Source: Macrostomum hystrix | Lineage: Eukaryota > Animalia > Platyhelminthes | Length of the DNA: 64,000 bases | Assembly (NCBI GenBank): GCA_950097015.1 | Contig: CATNEN010000007.1 | Coordinates: 3,348,001 to 3,412,000, forward strand | Direction of reading: 5' to 3' | Shown: one piece after another, positions 49,701 to 61,700 of the stretch | Numbering within the stretch: position 1 is the stretch's first letter | Layout: every line of letters begins with the position of its first letter | The notes under the pieces: generated by a model | The model's database searches: none | The model's input: the letters and a program-made list of their open reading frames with translations, nothing else | What the model was told of the DNA's origin: nothing | Position numbers and translations under genes: made by a program

Positions 49701-52700
49701 TTACGGTAGCGGCGCTTTCGAGAGCGTAGCAACGTGCAGCTTTTGCTGCAAAGGCGGCAACAATGGTTGCAGAATGGCACCATTACAGTTGGCGCCGTCG
49801 TAAAGAATCCACGGACGAATCGTGGTAGTAAACGCAATCATCCGGGCGACGACTCTGAAAGCGAATCTGCCAGCGAAGCCGCCAGCGAAGCCGCCAGCGA
49901 ATCTGCCAGCGAAGCCGCCAGCGAAGCCGCCAGCGAAGCCGCCAGCGAAGCCGCCAGCGAATCTGACAGCGAAGCCGCCAGCGAAGCCGCCAGCGAAGCC
50001 GCCAGCGAAGCCGCCAGCGAATCTGACAGCGAAGCCGCCAGCGAAGCCGCCAGCGAAGCCGCCAGCGAATCTGACAGCGAAGCCGCCAGCGAAGCCGCCA
50101 GCGAGCCGCCAGCGAATCTGACAGCGAAGCCGCTAGCGAAGCCGCCAGCGCAGCTGCCGACGACTATGCCGACTTCAACGATGACGGCGACGGCGACGGC
50201 GACGATAACAATTCAAACGCTGCTAAACTGCATGACTTCTGCCAGCTGGCCGCATATCGTGACGCAACTGTGTCCTATGCTACAATTGGCACTCTAGCTC
50301 AGTGTGCAACTGGTGCGCACATCCAATTTGAGTTCGGTCGCGTGGAGTCGATTCGCGTTGCAAACGGCACCGCCAAATTGGTTGTGCGTCGGTTATTGAC
50401 CGAGAAGCATGTCGAGCCACGTGACAATCCGCTTTACTGCTTCTCGGGACGGCGCCTGCTGGGCGGTTGTGCGCTAGCGCACGTACGTCGATTGCAACGA
50501 AGCCCATTCGAGGAGGTGTCCAAGTTCTATTTCGATTTGGACCCTGTTGTCACCATCGTCAAGGCCTGCGCCTTGTCGGACTCTCATGTGGCGTTTTTGC
50601 CGCATGAACAGTTTTCTTTCGCTGCGTAAGGGTGTTGTCTCCTGTCTGACAGTTGCTGTAGTGTTTATGAATGTAAGCCATTGAATTATGTCAGCCCAAG
50701 TTGTTCAACATTATTGCCTAAAACCTTTTTGGTTTGCTAGACTCGCTTTGGATCTCCTCGTCTACGTTTGTTATATATTATCTGTGTACGAGCGTATCTG
50801 CACTGTGTTTCATTGAATTTTATATTATCTGTGAAGAACTATAATTTTAAGCTGTACTTTTAAAAACAAATGCGCAAGCACAGTATATTTGGTAGGCCAT
50901 GCCGTGTGAGAAACACCTTCGTGCTACGAATTTTATTCGTAATTTGTAAATAATTGACGCTTTCCAGATTTTTTCGGGGCACTGCGGAATTCAGATATAG
51001 ACAGAAGGGTTTTGGCGGTCAAGTTGAAGTGCGGGCGATATACTCGTAGGAAACCCTTTTATACGAGCGTATTTAATTTTATCTATCGTTTCTGAAGGCT
51101 CTAGGAATTAACGTAAAAGTTTGCAAAGTTCCCACCCTTCACCCTCACATACCTTAGTCCTCTACTCCCTCAATTGCTGCATTACAGCAGCCTCTCCGAG
51201 CATTTTGAAAATGTCCGGCAACAAGCCTTCGGATTTTATTTCTAAAAATAAGTGGCTGTCCAAGTCACCTTCTGACCAGGAGATGGTTCGGAAGTCAGTG
51301 GGTCGGCCTTACCAGCCCAGACCGCCTTCTGGTTTCCAGCTAGAGTGTCAGGAGGCTGCTAAGAAGATGCAGCGGGAAATAGACAAGGAGCGCGAAATGA
51401 TTCGGATCGCAGGTGAGGCTGCCTCGCGACAATGCGCCAAACCATTTCATGGACCTTGGCTTTCCAAGCGCACTCCGGTGACCAGGGGCATTCCGTTATT
51501 TCCGGCCGATCTAAGTAGTGCCTCTGGAACGTCTACTTCCTACGGGACCCCGGCGGCTCTGTCGGAGAACCCGGTGACTCTGCCGGAGAACCCGGTGACT
51601 CTGCCGGAGAACCCGGTGACTCTGCCGGAGAACCCGGTGACTCTGCCGGAGAACCCGGTGACTCTGCCGGAGACCTCGGCGACGCAGGAGGATGATTTGC
51701 AGCGCATTAAGAAGGACCTGCAAGATAGATGCGCCGCCGCTCTTATGCGTGCGGAAAAAGAATTGGAAGAAGCAGGCTTGCTGCTTGATGAGCTGAACGA
51801 ATACAGTCGCCCTCCATCGCCAATATTTGAGTAATACAGCATTTTCAAGCTAGTAGAAAGTGCATGGAAGTAAATAATCGAATCAGAAGTAGAGAATAAT
51901 TCTAATAATTCTAATAGTTGTAATAATAATACCAACCTCAGAGCAAGAATGTTAGCAACAGCTCAATCAAGAAATTGAAGAGTAGTTAGAAAGTAAAGAT
52001 TAATTTCCTTATAGAGAAAGCTGTAGCATTTTGTCAAAATCGAAAGTAAAAAATATTAATCTGAAAGTATTCGACTTACTTTCCTGTAAAAATATGGTTC
52101 CTGTAATTTTATGACAAGACACATTAACACTCCAAGCTACTAATTGTAGCTTAAACAGACAAACGTGTACCACGCAGCCTGTAAAACTATGAAAACCTGC
52201 AATTTTATGGAAATCGTAATAATGTGTTAAATATCGATTCCCACAAAAGTATGCATAATTTTTCACGGGCCAAAAACTATGTTTCGTTGTCAAATTTTCT
52301 ATCCAATGAGGACAGTTTTCAGTCTTTTTCTGCACTTCTATAATAATTGTGTAATATTGGTAGTTCCCAGCGCACCGCCCAAATAAACAGGCCAGACCAT
52401 TCATTACGAGTACTGCTATTGTCATTGATGAGGCTTGTGTGCTTTTTCTGATCTCTTTCTCTTGATGGACTTAATTTTTTTTAACTAATTTTACGAATTG
52501 CATTTTTCAAATAGTTTTTCAGATAAGAGGTATTCGCAGGTCTCCAATTGCCTACCAGAAACCAATAAATCAATCAGTCATTGTTGGTCCCAGATCTCTC
52601 TGCGACCTAGATCACTTTGTTCCAGGCTTATCTGCTTCCATGCCCCATCCAGCTGAGAAATGATCTGAGAGAGAGGGGGAGTACTAACCAATTTCTCATG

Positions 52701-55700
52701 CATCTGTACCACTTTTGCAGAAACGTCATTAAAAAGGAATGGATGCGAAAAAATTGCGGAAGAGTACCGCAACGGAACAAAAGTCTTCTTCAAAGAATGC
52801 ATCGAATACAATGAAAAAGCACGTAGCTTTTAGGGCCCCGATAAGAAAGCGCAAACCCGCCTCTGCCACTGCTGGCGCTTCTGCCGCGTCTGAAGGTGGC
52901 GGTGCTGTCGCCGCTGACGCCTCTGCCACTGCTGACGCTTCTGCCGCGACTGAAGGTGGCGATGCTGCCGCCGCTGACGCCTCTGCCACTGCTGGCGCTT
53001 CTGCCGCGACTGAAGGTGGCGGTGCTGCCGCCGCTGACGCCTCTGTCACTGCTGGCGCTTCTGCCGCGACTAAAAATGGAGCTGCTGCCGCCCCTGCCGG
53101 TCCTGGCACCTCTGCCACTGGCGCGTCTGCCACTGCTGGTAAGAAGGTCTCGGGTGGCCCTACAGCATGCCGCTACTGGGTATTCGAATACGCGCCGGAA
53201 GACGGCGGTCAGCTTGGCATCTACGCCGACAAGTGCATCGTTACTGACGGCTCAGTCGACCCAAGCCGACTGTCAGTGGACGACGAGGTCACCATAAAAC
53301 CAGGAAAGACCTCCAGCGGCAAGGCCTACCGCGTGCGTGTATGCAAAGGGCCATACCGCACAAAGGCGGCTGCAGAGGCTGGTGCCAGTGCCTGTCAAGC
53401 GGTGCAGAGGCCGGCAGGTATCAACCTTCCTAACAGCTGCACCACCTGCCAGGCGCTCCGGCAGGAGGTTTTGAACCTCTGGACAGCAGCAGAGTTAGCG
53501 CAGCAGACTGCCGACGGCTACAGAGAAAGCCAGGGACGGCAGATCGAAGAATTGAACCACCGGCTTGACGATGCTGAATATAAGCGGACTGCGTATAAGG
53601 AAAAATGGGAAGCCGCCGTCATCAGAATCCGTGAGCTGCAGTGTGAGCTGGAGCATGCCCAGAGCGGGGTCGAACATTCGAGGTCGGGAGAAGGCGGTGC
53701 TGTTGCTAAGTACACCGTGGTGCTGCAGGACGCCGTGTTTTCTGCCATTGAGGTACTACAACGCGCAATTTCTACCGGCATCAGTGGCATGGATGTCACG
53801 GTTGAAGACAGTACTGGCGTGCTAGGCAGCAGTACTGCTGGCAGCGCTTCTGCCGCGGCATCTGTTGGCGGCGTCTCTGCCGCGGCGTCTGTTCCGTTGC
53901 TGGACGATAGAGAACTTCGCGCCCAGATCCAATTGGCGTCAGCAAAGCAGCAGAAGCGTGCACCCGAGACAAGGGCTTTGACAGCGCGCTGCCCCGACGT
54001 CGTTGTGTCGGCCGCCGACTATGAACAGATCAAGCGTGCGGTGTCTGTCTATGTGAAGGGAGGTTTCAGCAGTACAGACGGCGATAAAATGCTCCGGACC
54101 CTGTACCGAGCAGTCTTCTCAACCGAGGAGCTAACGACCCGTTCCTACACCGGCCGCAAGACAAAAAAGGATGGTCCGCCGCCGAAGCCGGAAGTATCTA
54201 AGAAGAAAAAGTTCGCCATTAAGGCTTTTATAAGTGGGCTAAAGTTCCCTGAGGAATTTCCGAAGAAGTCCTATGCCACGATTTTCAAGCGCACTGCCTT
54301 CTGTGCTGCCCGAAAATTGAAGTCACCACTCAAAGTGACACCCAGCGGTCGCACTGGAAGGAACAAGGGCGGAAGGAAGGAAGCCGGTGATGAAGAAGGC
54401 GGCGGTGACCTTGACAGAGCCAAGGAACTTGACCTTGACGGCGGTGACGTTGACGCCAAGGAGGACGACGACAGTGGCGACGACGACGAAGCCGCAGCCT
54501 CTAGCGACTCTTCCGGCAACCCATCAGCGGAGGCGAAGTAGAGACTGAAATTAAGCCATTTGAACATTATTATTTTTCAGTTTTTTTGTGACGGATCACT
54601 AAACTAAGTGCGAAATGCACTACAATTGTATGCCAAATTATATTATGTTTTAATGACAATATTATGTTTTTTCTTAATAGTTACTGGCTATGGCCTTCCT
54701 TGGACTGGCTTTGGTGTGCAGAAAATTATGAAGCATGACACGGCCAACAATAGTTGCTGAACATAGCAAGACAAGTGATGCAAAGTGTCCAGTGAAAGCT
54801 GGCTGGAAAGCAGGTAGTGCCAGTAACTAATTACACCTTGTACCTTTATATGTTTCCTAAAATTGCTTATAACCATCGATACCAATATTTACATATAAAA
54901 AGTTATGGCATTTGATGCGCGGGCAGTTTGCCCATACAAATACAGCGACTTTTTACTAGCTATATTTTACTGGCTATTTTTGCTACTGCCACTACTGCCT
55001 TTTTATCAATATAAAGAAAGTCATGGCATTTTACATTTGATATAATTCATAATAAATATTAAGTATATTCAGATGTATAGATTTTTTTCTTGTTACTATT
55101 TTCTGGTGCTACTGCCAGTCACACAACGGACACACAGAATGGTCACACAAAATATGGTCACAGTGAACGGTCACATGGTGACCCTGAACATAACGGTCAC
55201 AAAATATGGTCACAGTGAACGGTCACATGGTGAACCTGAACATAACGGTCACAAAATATGGTCACAGTGAACGGTCACATGGTGACCCTGAACATAACGG
55301 TCACAAAATATGGTCACAGTGAACGGTCACATGGTGACCCTGAACATAACGGTCACAAAATATGGTCACAGTGAACGGTCACATGGTGAACCTGAACATA
55401 ACGGTCACAAAATATGGTCACAGTGAACGGTCACATGGTGACCCTGAACATAACGGTCACAAAATATGGTCACAGTGAACGGTCACATGGTGAACCTGAA
55501 CATAACGGTCACAAAATATGGTCACAGTGAACGGTCACATGGTGACCCTGAACATAACGGTCACAAAATATGGTCACAGTGAACGGTCACATGGTGACCC
55601 TGAACATAACGGTCACAAAATATGGTCACAGTGAACGGTCACATGGTGACCCTGAACATAACGGTCACAAAATATGGTCACAGTGAACGGTCACATGGTG

Positions 55701-58700
55701 AACCTGAACATAACGGTCACAAAATATGGTCACAGTGAACGGTCACATTGTGACCCTGAACATAACGGTCACAAAATATGGTCACAGTGAACGGTCACAT
55801 GGTGAACCTGAACATAACGGTCACAAAATATGGTCACAGTGAACGGTCACATGGTGACCCTGAACATAACGGTCACAAAATATGGTCACAGTGAACGGTC
55901 ACATGGTGACCCTGAACATAACGGTCACAAAATATGGTCACAGTGAACGGTCACATTGTGACCCTGAACATAACGGTCACAAAATATGGTCACAGTGAAC
56001 GGTCACATGGTGAACCTGAACATAACGGTCACAAAATATGGTCACAGTGAACGGTCACATGGTGAACCTGAACATAACGGTCACAAAATATGGTCACAGT
56101 GAACGGTCACATGGTGACCCTGAACATAACGGTCACAAAATATGGTCACAGTGAACGGTCACATGGTGACCCTGAACATAACGGTCACAAGTGGAACGGT
56201 CACAGCCCTTTTTTGTGACCATTTCGTTTTATACGGGACCGCGTTAGACCGTTCTGCCACTCTATTCTGCAATTCTGCCACCCCTGAGTGTGATAATCAA
56301 CCAGCGACTCACCTCTGGGCAGCAGAGTTCGTGAGTAACAATCTTGACTAGGTCATCCAGCGGCAGCAGGGAGTGGCACTTGATCTCAGTGTAGACATTC
56401 TTACCCTCAGTGCAGCTAGCCAATAGGCGCACCAGTTCAATGTGATAGCGCAACGGCCCGGAGACATCTACTCGGCTGCGCTCCGAGCACATTAGCCGGA
56501 GTAGCTCGTCGAATGCGGCGCCTTCGTTGAAGAACAGCAGGACTTCGTCGCCAACGGAGACTAGCTCGGACATGACCAGATCCTGGGAGCGCCTGATGTA
56601 CTGGCCGTCGCAGCGGACCAGGGTCTGCAAGAACTGCAGGTATGACACGTGGCGACCCTGCGACTCGATGGCCCGCACAAAGTGTTGAATCAGCCGGTCC
56701 GGAACCTCCAGGCAGAGGCGCTTGTTGTCGCGAAAGATGGCAGTGCAGGTCTCGGCTTCGTTCACGCCGTTGCCTAGAAAGGCGTCCAGCTGCTTGAAGA
56801 GCAGCGCCTGGTTGGCCGAATTGTTGAAGCAGAAGGCCTGCAGGAACTTGTGCGCCAGGCCGATCAGCTCCTTCATGCGAAGGTCCATCTGGGTTGGAAG
56901 GGCCGGCAAGCGGAGTAATTTTAGGGCGTCTGGAGACAAGGTCTTGTGGACCTCAGGATCTGGGGATAATTTATTGTGCGTCTGAGGATCTAAGGATAAC
57001 TAGGTGAGTTCGAGTATCTGGGGATAATTGGAGTTGAGTCCGAGGATATGGGGAATATTGGAGTTGAGTCCAAGGATCTGGGGATAATTGGAGTTGAGTC
57101 TGAGGATCTGGGGATAATTGGAGTTGAGTCTGAGGATCTGGGGATAATTTGAGATGAGTATGAGGATGTGGGGATAATTGTAGGTGAATACTAATATTTA
57201 GAGAAAATTGCAGGTGGCTTGAGAATCTACGGATAATCGTTGATGAACCTGGGATCTGAAGTGTGTCTACTGAGGATCCTGAGGATTTGGAAGAGGCACG
57301 CGTAAAGGTACAAACCTTTTTATCATAGGGTATCTGCAGGAGGTCCATCACGAACTTGTTAGCTCCCAGATTCTTAAGCAGCCGCTGCTGATGCTTATCA
57401 TTGGTGACGCTGCCATCCGGCTGTTTGGCGCAGCAAACTTCAGCCAGGCGTTGCAGAATCTCCTTCATGATGACGTAGTTGCGTCTGGAGTTTTCGTCAA
57501 TGTCCGGCCCGAGATTCAAATCGATGGCGGACTGGTCCGGCAGCAGCTTGACCGGCTTCTTGTTCGTGGCTGCTGTCGTCGGCGTAGAACCCGCTGCAGC
57601 CAGAGAGCCGGGCTGGCTAGTGGAGTCGCTGGCTGTCGCACCTTCTTCTCGAGGTTGCTGCTGCTGCTGCTGCGAACGGTTGCTGCTGTTGCGGCTTTTA
57701 TACACCTGTAAGCCCAGTGAACACGTTTAGACAATTCAATCTGCTACTTGATACCCTCCGATCTGTCAGTTGATACCCTCCGATCTGTCAGTTGATACCC
57801 TCCGATCTGTCAGTTGATACTCTCCGATCTGTCAGTAGATACCCTCCGATCTGTCAGTTGATACCCTCCGATCTGTCAGTTGATACCCTCCGATCTGTCA
57901 GTAGATACCCTCCGATCTGTCAGTTGATACCCTCCGATCTGTCAGTTGATACCCTCCGATGTGTCAGAGTCAAATCCAACCAGACCCAACTCACCCACAA
58001 TTCGGATTTCTCAACAAGCATTCGAATTTCGTCCAGATCCAGCCGAATCCGCTTGTAGGTGTTCACATCGTTGGTGGACACCAGCAGTTGCACCTGACGA
58101 AATGCTTGCAGAACTTCCTGACGCTGACTAAAATGGCGAAATAACAACTGCAGAGCGCCGCTCACCACCTGGGCATGATTGTGCATGATGAGGTACAGCA
58201 GCACTCTGAGGAACAGCCTGCCGCCCTGACCGTCCAGATCCAGCGCGTGCCCGGAGGCGGAGTCGGAGCTTTCGCAGAACATATCCTCAGCCTGGGCTGC
58301 GATGGCTTCAACGTCCAGATTGTGACTAGGCGGATTGCGAAAGCAGAGGCCGTAGCCATCGCTGTCATTGCCAGTGTAGATAGTGTCGAACTCGGATCTG
58401 AACACGCTCAGCAGATAGGTGATGCGGTAGTCCAGTCTTACATTGAGAATATAGTGCAGAATCTCCAAGATTCGCTGCTTAGTCTCCATCACAATGTTTT
58501 CCTCCTGTCGGCTGCGATTAATCTGACGGTTCTCTTCTGTGACGATGGCTTTCGGGCCCTGACCGCGACCCGGCTGCGTCTGCTGCTGTGACTGCTGCTG
58601 CTGCCCGTTGCCTGCTTCAGATCCGACAGGTTCCTTCTTTCCAGCGGCCGCAACGCCGCCCCCGCCAACCTTAGTCCCGATGGGAATGCAATCCAAAATA

Positions 58701-61700
58701 GCTAGCAGCATCTTCATGAGTCTGAGCAGATCCTCGAACGTGTAGAAGCCGAAGTACACCAGATTGCGGGCTAGGCTGACAATCTCGTAGGTGAGGCTGT
58801 TTTGGCCAGTGTCGTGCGATGACCAGCCGTTGTCGGCAATCGTTTTCAGGTAGCGCTCAACGTAGGCGAGGGTTTTGGCGAAGCGCGGCTTGATGCTTTC
58901 ACGAAGAGGATTCTCCATCTGCGGTGCATCGATGGGGACATTGTTAGAAAATAGAAAGCGAGCAGATAACTATCAGGGAGGTTCACAAAATGAAACCCAG
59001 GACATATCATAATGGATCAGAAAGCAAGGACCAATCAGAATGGATCAGAAAGCAAGGACAAATCAGAATGGATCAGAAAGCAAGGACAAATCATAATGGA
59101 TCAGAAAGCAAGGACCAATCGGAATGGATCAGAAACCGAGGACAAATCAGAATGGATCAGAAAGCAAGGACCAATCGGAATGGATCAGAAACCGAGGACA
59201 AAGCAGAGTGGATCAGAAAGCAAGGACAAATCAGAATGGATCAGAAAGCAAGGACAAATCAGAGTGGATCAGAAAGCAAGGACAAATCAGAATGGATCAG
59301 AAAGCAAGGACAAATCAGAGTGGATCAGAAAGCAAGGACAAATCAGAATGGATCAGAAAGCAAGGACAAATCAGAGTGGATCAGAAAGCAAGGACAAATC
59401 AGAATGGATCAGAAAGCAAGGACAAATCAGAATGGATCAGAAAGCAAGGACAAATCAGAATGGATCAGAAAGCAAGGACAAATCAGAGTGGATCAGAAAG
59501 CAAGGACAAATCAGAGTGGATCAGAAAGCAAGGACAAATCAGAATGGATCAGAAAGCAAGGACAAATCAGAATGGATCAGAAAGCAAGGACCAATCGGAA
59601 TGGATCAGAAACCGAGGACAAATCAGAATGGATCAGAAAGCAAGGACAAATCAGAGTGGATCAGAAAGCAAGGACAAATCAGAATGGATCAGAAAGCAAG
59701 GACCAATCGGAATGGATCAGAAACCGAGGACAAATCAGAATGGATCAGAAAGCAAGGACAAAGCAGAGTGGATCAGAAAGCAAGGACAAATCAGAATGGA
59801 TCAGAAAGCAAGGACAAATCAGAATGGATCAGAAAGCAAGGACAAATCAGAGTGGATCAGAAAGCAAGGACAAATCAGAGTGGATCAGAAAGCAAGGACC
59901 AATCAGAATGGATCAGAAAGCAAGGACCAATCAGGGTGAATCAGAAAGCAAGGACAAATCAGAATGGATCAGAAAGCAAGGACCAATCAGGGTGGATCAG
60001 AAAGCAAGGACAATTTAGAGTGGATCAGAAAGCAAGGACCAATCAGAATGGATCAGAAACCGAGGACCAATCAGAGTGGATCAGATATAAAGGACCAATC
60101 AGGGATCTTAAAATCGAAGACAAGTACGAGTGAATCAGATACCGGAACCTGTCAGAGTGGATCAGAAACCGAGGATCAATCAGAGTGGGTCATTAAGCAA
60201 GGTCTAATCAGAGTGAATTCTCACCTGGTCCATGTGCATATCAGAGTACTCGGCCACAGTGAGCACACTGGGAATCTCGCTCCACAGTCTGGCATACTTG
60301 ACCGGCTTAATCTCCTCGTTTGGATCGCGATCAACGTGCAGGTGCAGCATCAGACGGCAGAATGACGCGCGCAGGTCGAACGGCAAGCTGTTCTTTTTAA
60401 TACACTTGTGAATGAGCTCTATGCTCAAATTGGGCGATATGAAGTTAATAGCGATGTACTGTCGAGACATGCACATCTTAGAAAACAGATCCAGCTGGTG
60501 CTTGTAATAGTCCAACAGTTGGGCATCCTCCTTGCTGCCGCTAGCCGCGTCGTGAGCGATATCCTCAATGCTCTTCATCACCTGGAAGGATATTCAACAG
60601 CTAAGCATGAATAATAAGGCCATGACAATTACCTGAGGATAAAGGAGAGTGATCTGGGAATGTTTTGGACGACTCTGAGTATCTGGGAGTGTGGAAGACC
60701 TACTCTGAGTATCTGGGAGTGTGGAAGACCTACTCTGAGGATCTGGGAGTGTGGAAGACCTACTCTGAGGATCTGGGAGTGTGGAAGACCTACTCTGAGG
60801 ATCTGGGAGTGTGGACGACCTACCCTGAGGATCTGGGAGTGTGGACGACCTACTCTGAGGATCTGGGAGTGTGGAAGACCTACTCTGAGGATCTGGGAGT
60901 GTGGAAGACCTACTCTGGGGATCTGGGAACTTGAAATATCCCATGAGAATCTTACTGTCAATAAAGCCCATCAAAGACCTCACCTGTTCCCGCTCCCTGC
61001 CGCTGTGATTATACTTCTCAAACGACAGCATGACAACCATTCGTTCAGTTTTGGACTCAACGTCGCCTTCCTCTTCTTCCACTTGTTTAACCAGTTCGGT
61101 GTTGATCAGGATGTCTTTGTTAGCCTCGTTAAGCACACAGCGACAGATGTGCTCCTGAAAGTTTTTGGCAATGTTGGTTCAAATCAATCTGTGGTTTTTT
61201 TAGTTTTAATCTCACACAAGTTTAGCTGCTACCCACCTGTGTGACAGCAATAGCTTCGTTATTGCAGACGCACAGGTCGGCCAGATAATCCAGGAAGCGG
61301 CTCTCTCGATTCTCTCGAACCAGAGCAACAAAAGTGTTAATCTCCTGATCAGTGATGTGCTTCTCCAATAGTTTTCGGTTGCTATGCAACAGGGCGGTGA
61401 TGGTGTCCTCGGCTAGCACTCCGTAGCCAATCTGCTTCTGCATAAATGGAAACTGCTTAGCTATGTACTCTTGATTCTTGCGATAGGACTCCTGCGACAG
61501 TTTGATCAGGTGGTAGCAGAGGCGGCACACGTGCCTGTACGGCTGGTGCTTCGGGTCTAGGAGGTCCGACATCTTCAGGGGACCTCCGTGCGAGTCGCTG
61601 TTGGACTGTTGCGTTGGCTGCTGCTGCTGTTGCGGCTGGGGTTGAAACGGCGCTTTGAGGATTTTGAAGACCTCTTTGAGGATGTTCTGCTCGCGGATCA

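Larger units (their letters stand above)
48940..56237. mobile_element. 7,298-bp TIR DNA transposon (CMC/EnSpm-like, probably non-autonomous) in an IP3R intron
   Basis: 43-bp TIRs start CCCGTATAAAAC (48940-48982 vs 56195-56237, 41/43 identical). A 3-bp TSD, ACC, lies at 48937-48939 and 56238-56240. Inverted subterminal 52-bp arrays flank three + strand ORFs. The superfamily call is an inference. Confidence 0.85.

Noticed and set aside
55149-56189. Estrogen-response-element-like palindromes in the 52-bp arrays
   Set aside because: The spacer between GGTCA and TGACC is 5 nt, not 3. The position in inverted subterminal arrays is better explained as transposon protein-binding sites.
58990-60133. 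Three long ORFs (271-373 aa) of repetitive [14 protein letters not shown] sequence
   Set aside because: They are translations of a stop-free 28-bp satellite inside an IP3R intron on the opposite strand.
60594-60632. Possible extra IP3R exon after the acceptor-like atcctcag near 60633
   Set aside because: It hits a stop after 12 codons; the phase-0 join from 60984 to 60581 gives the conserved IP3R sequence.
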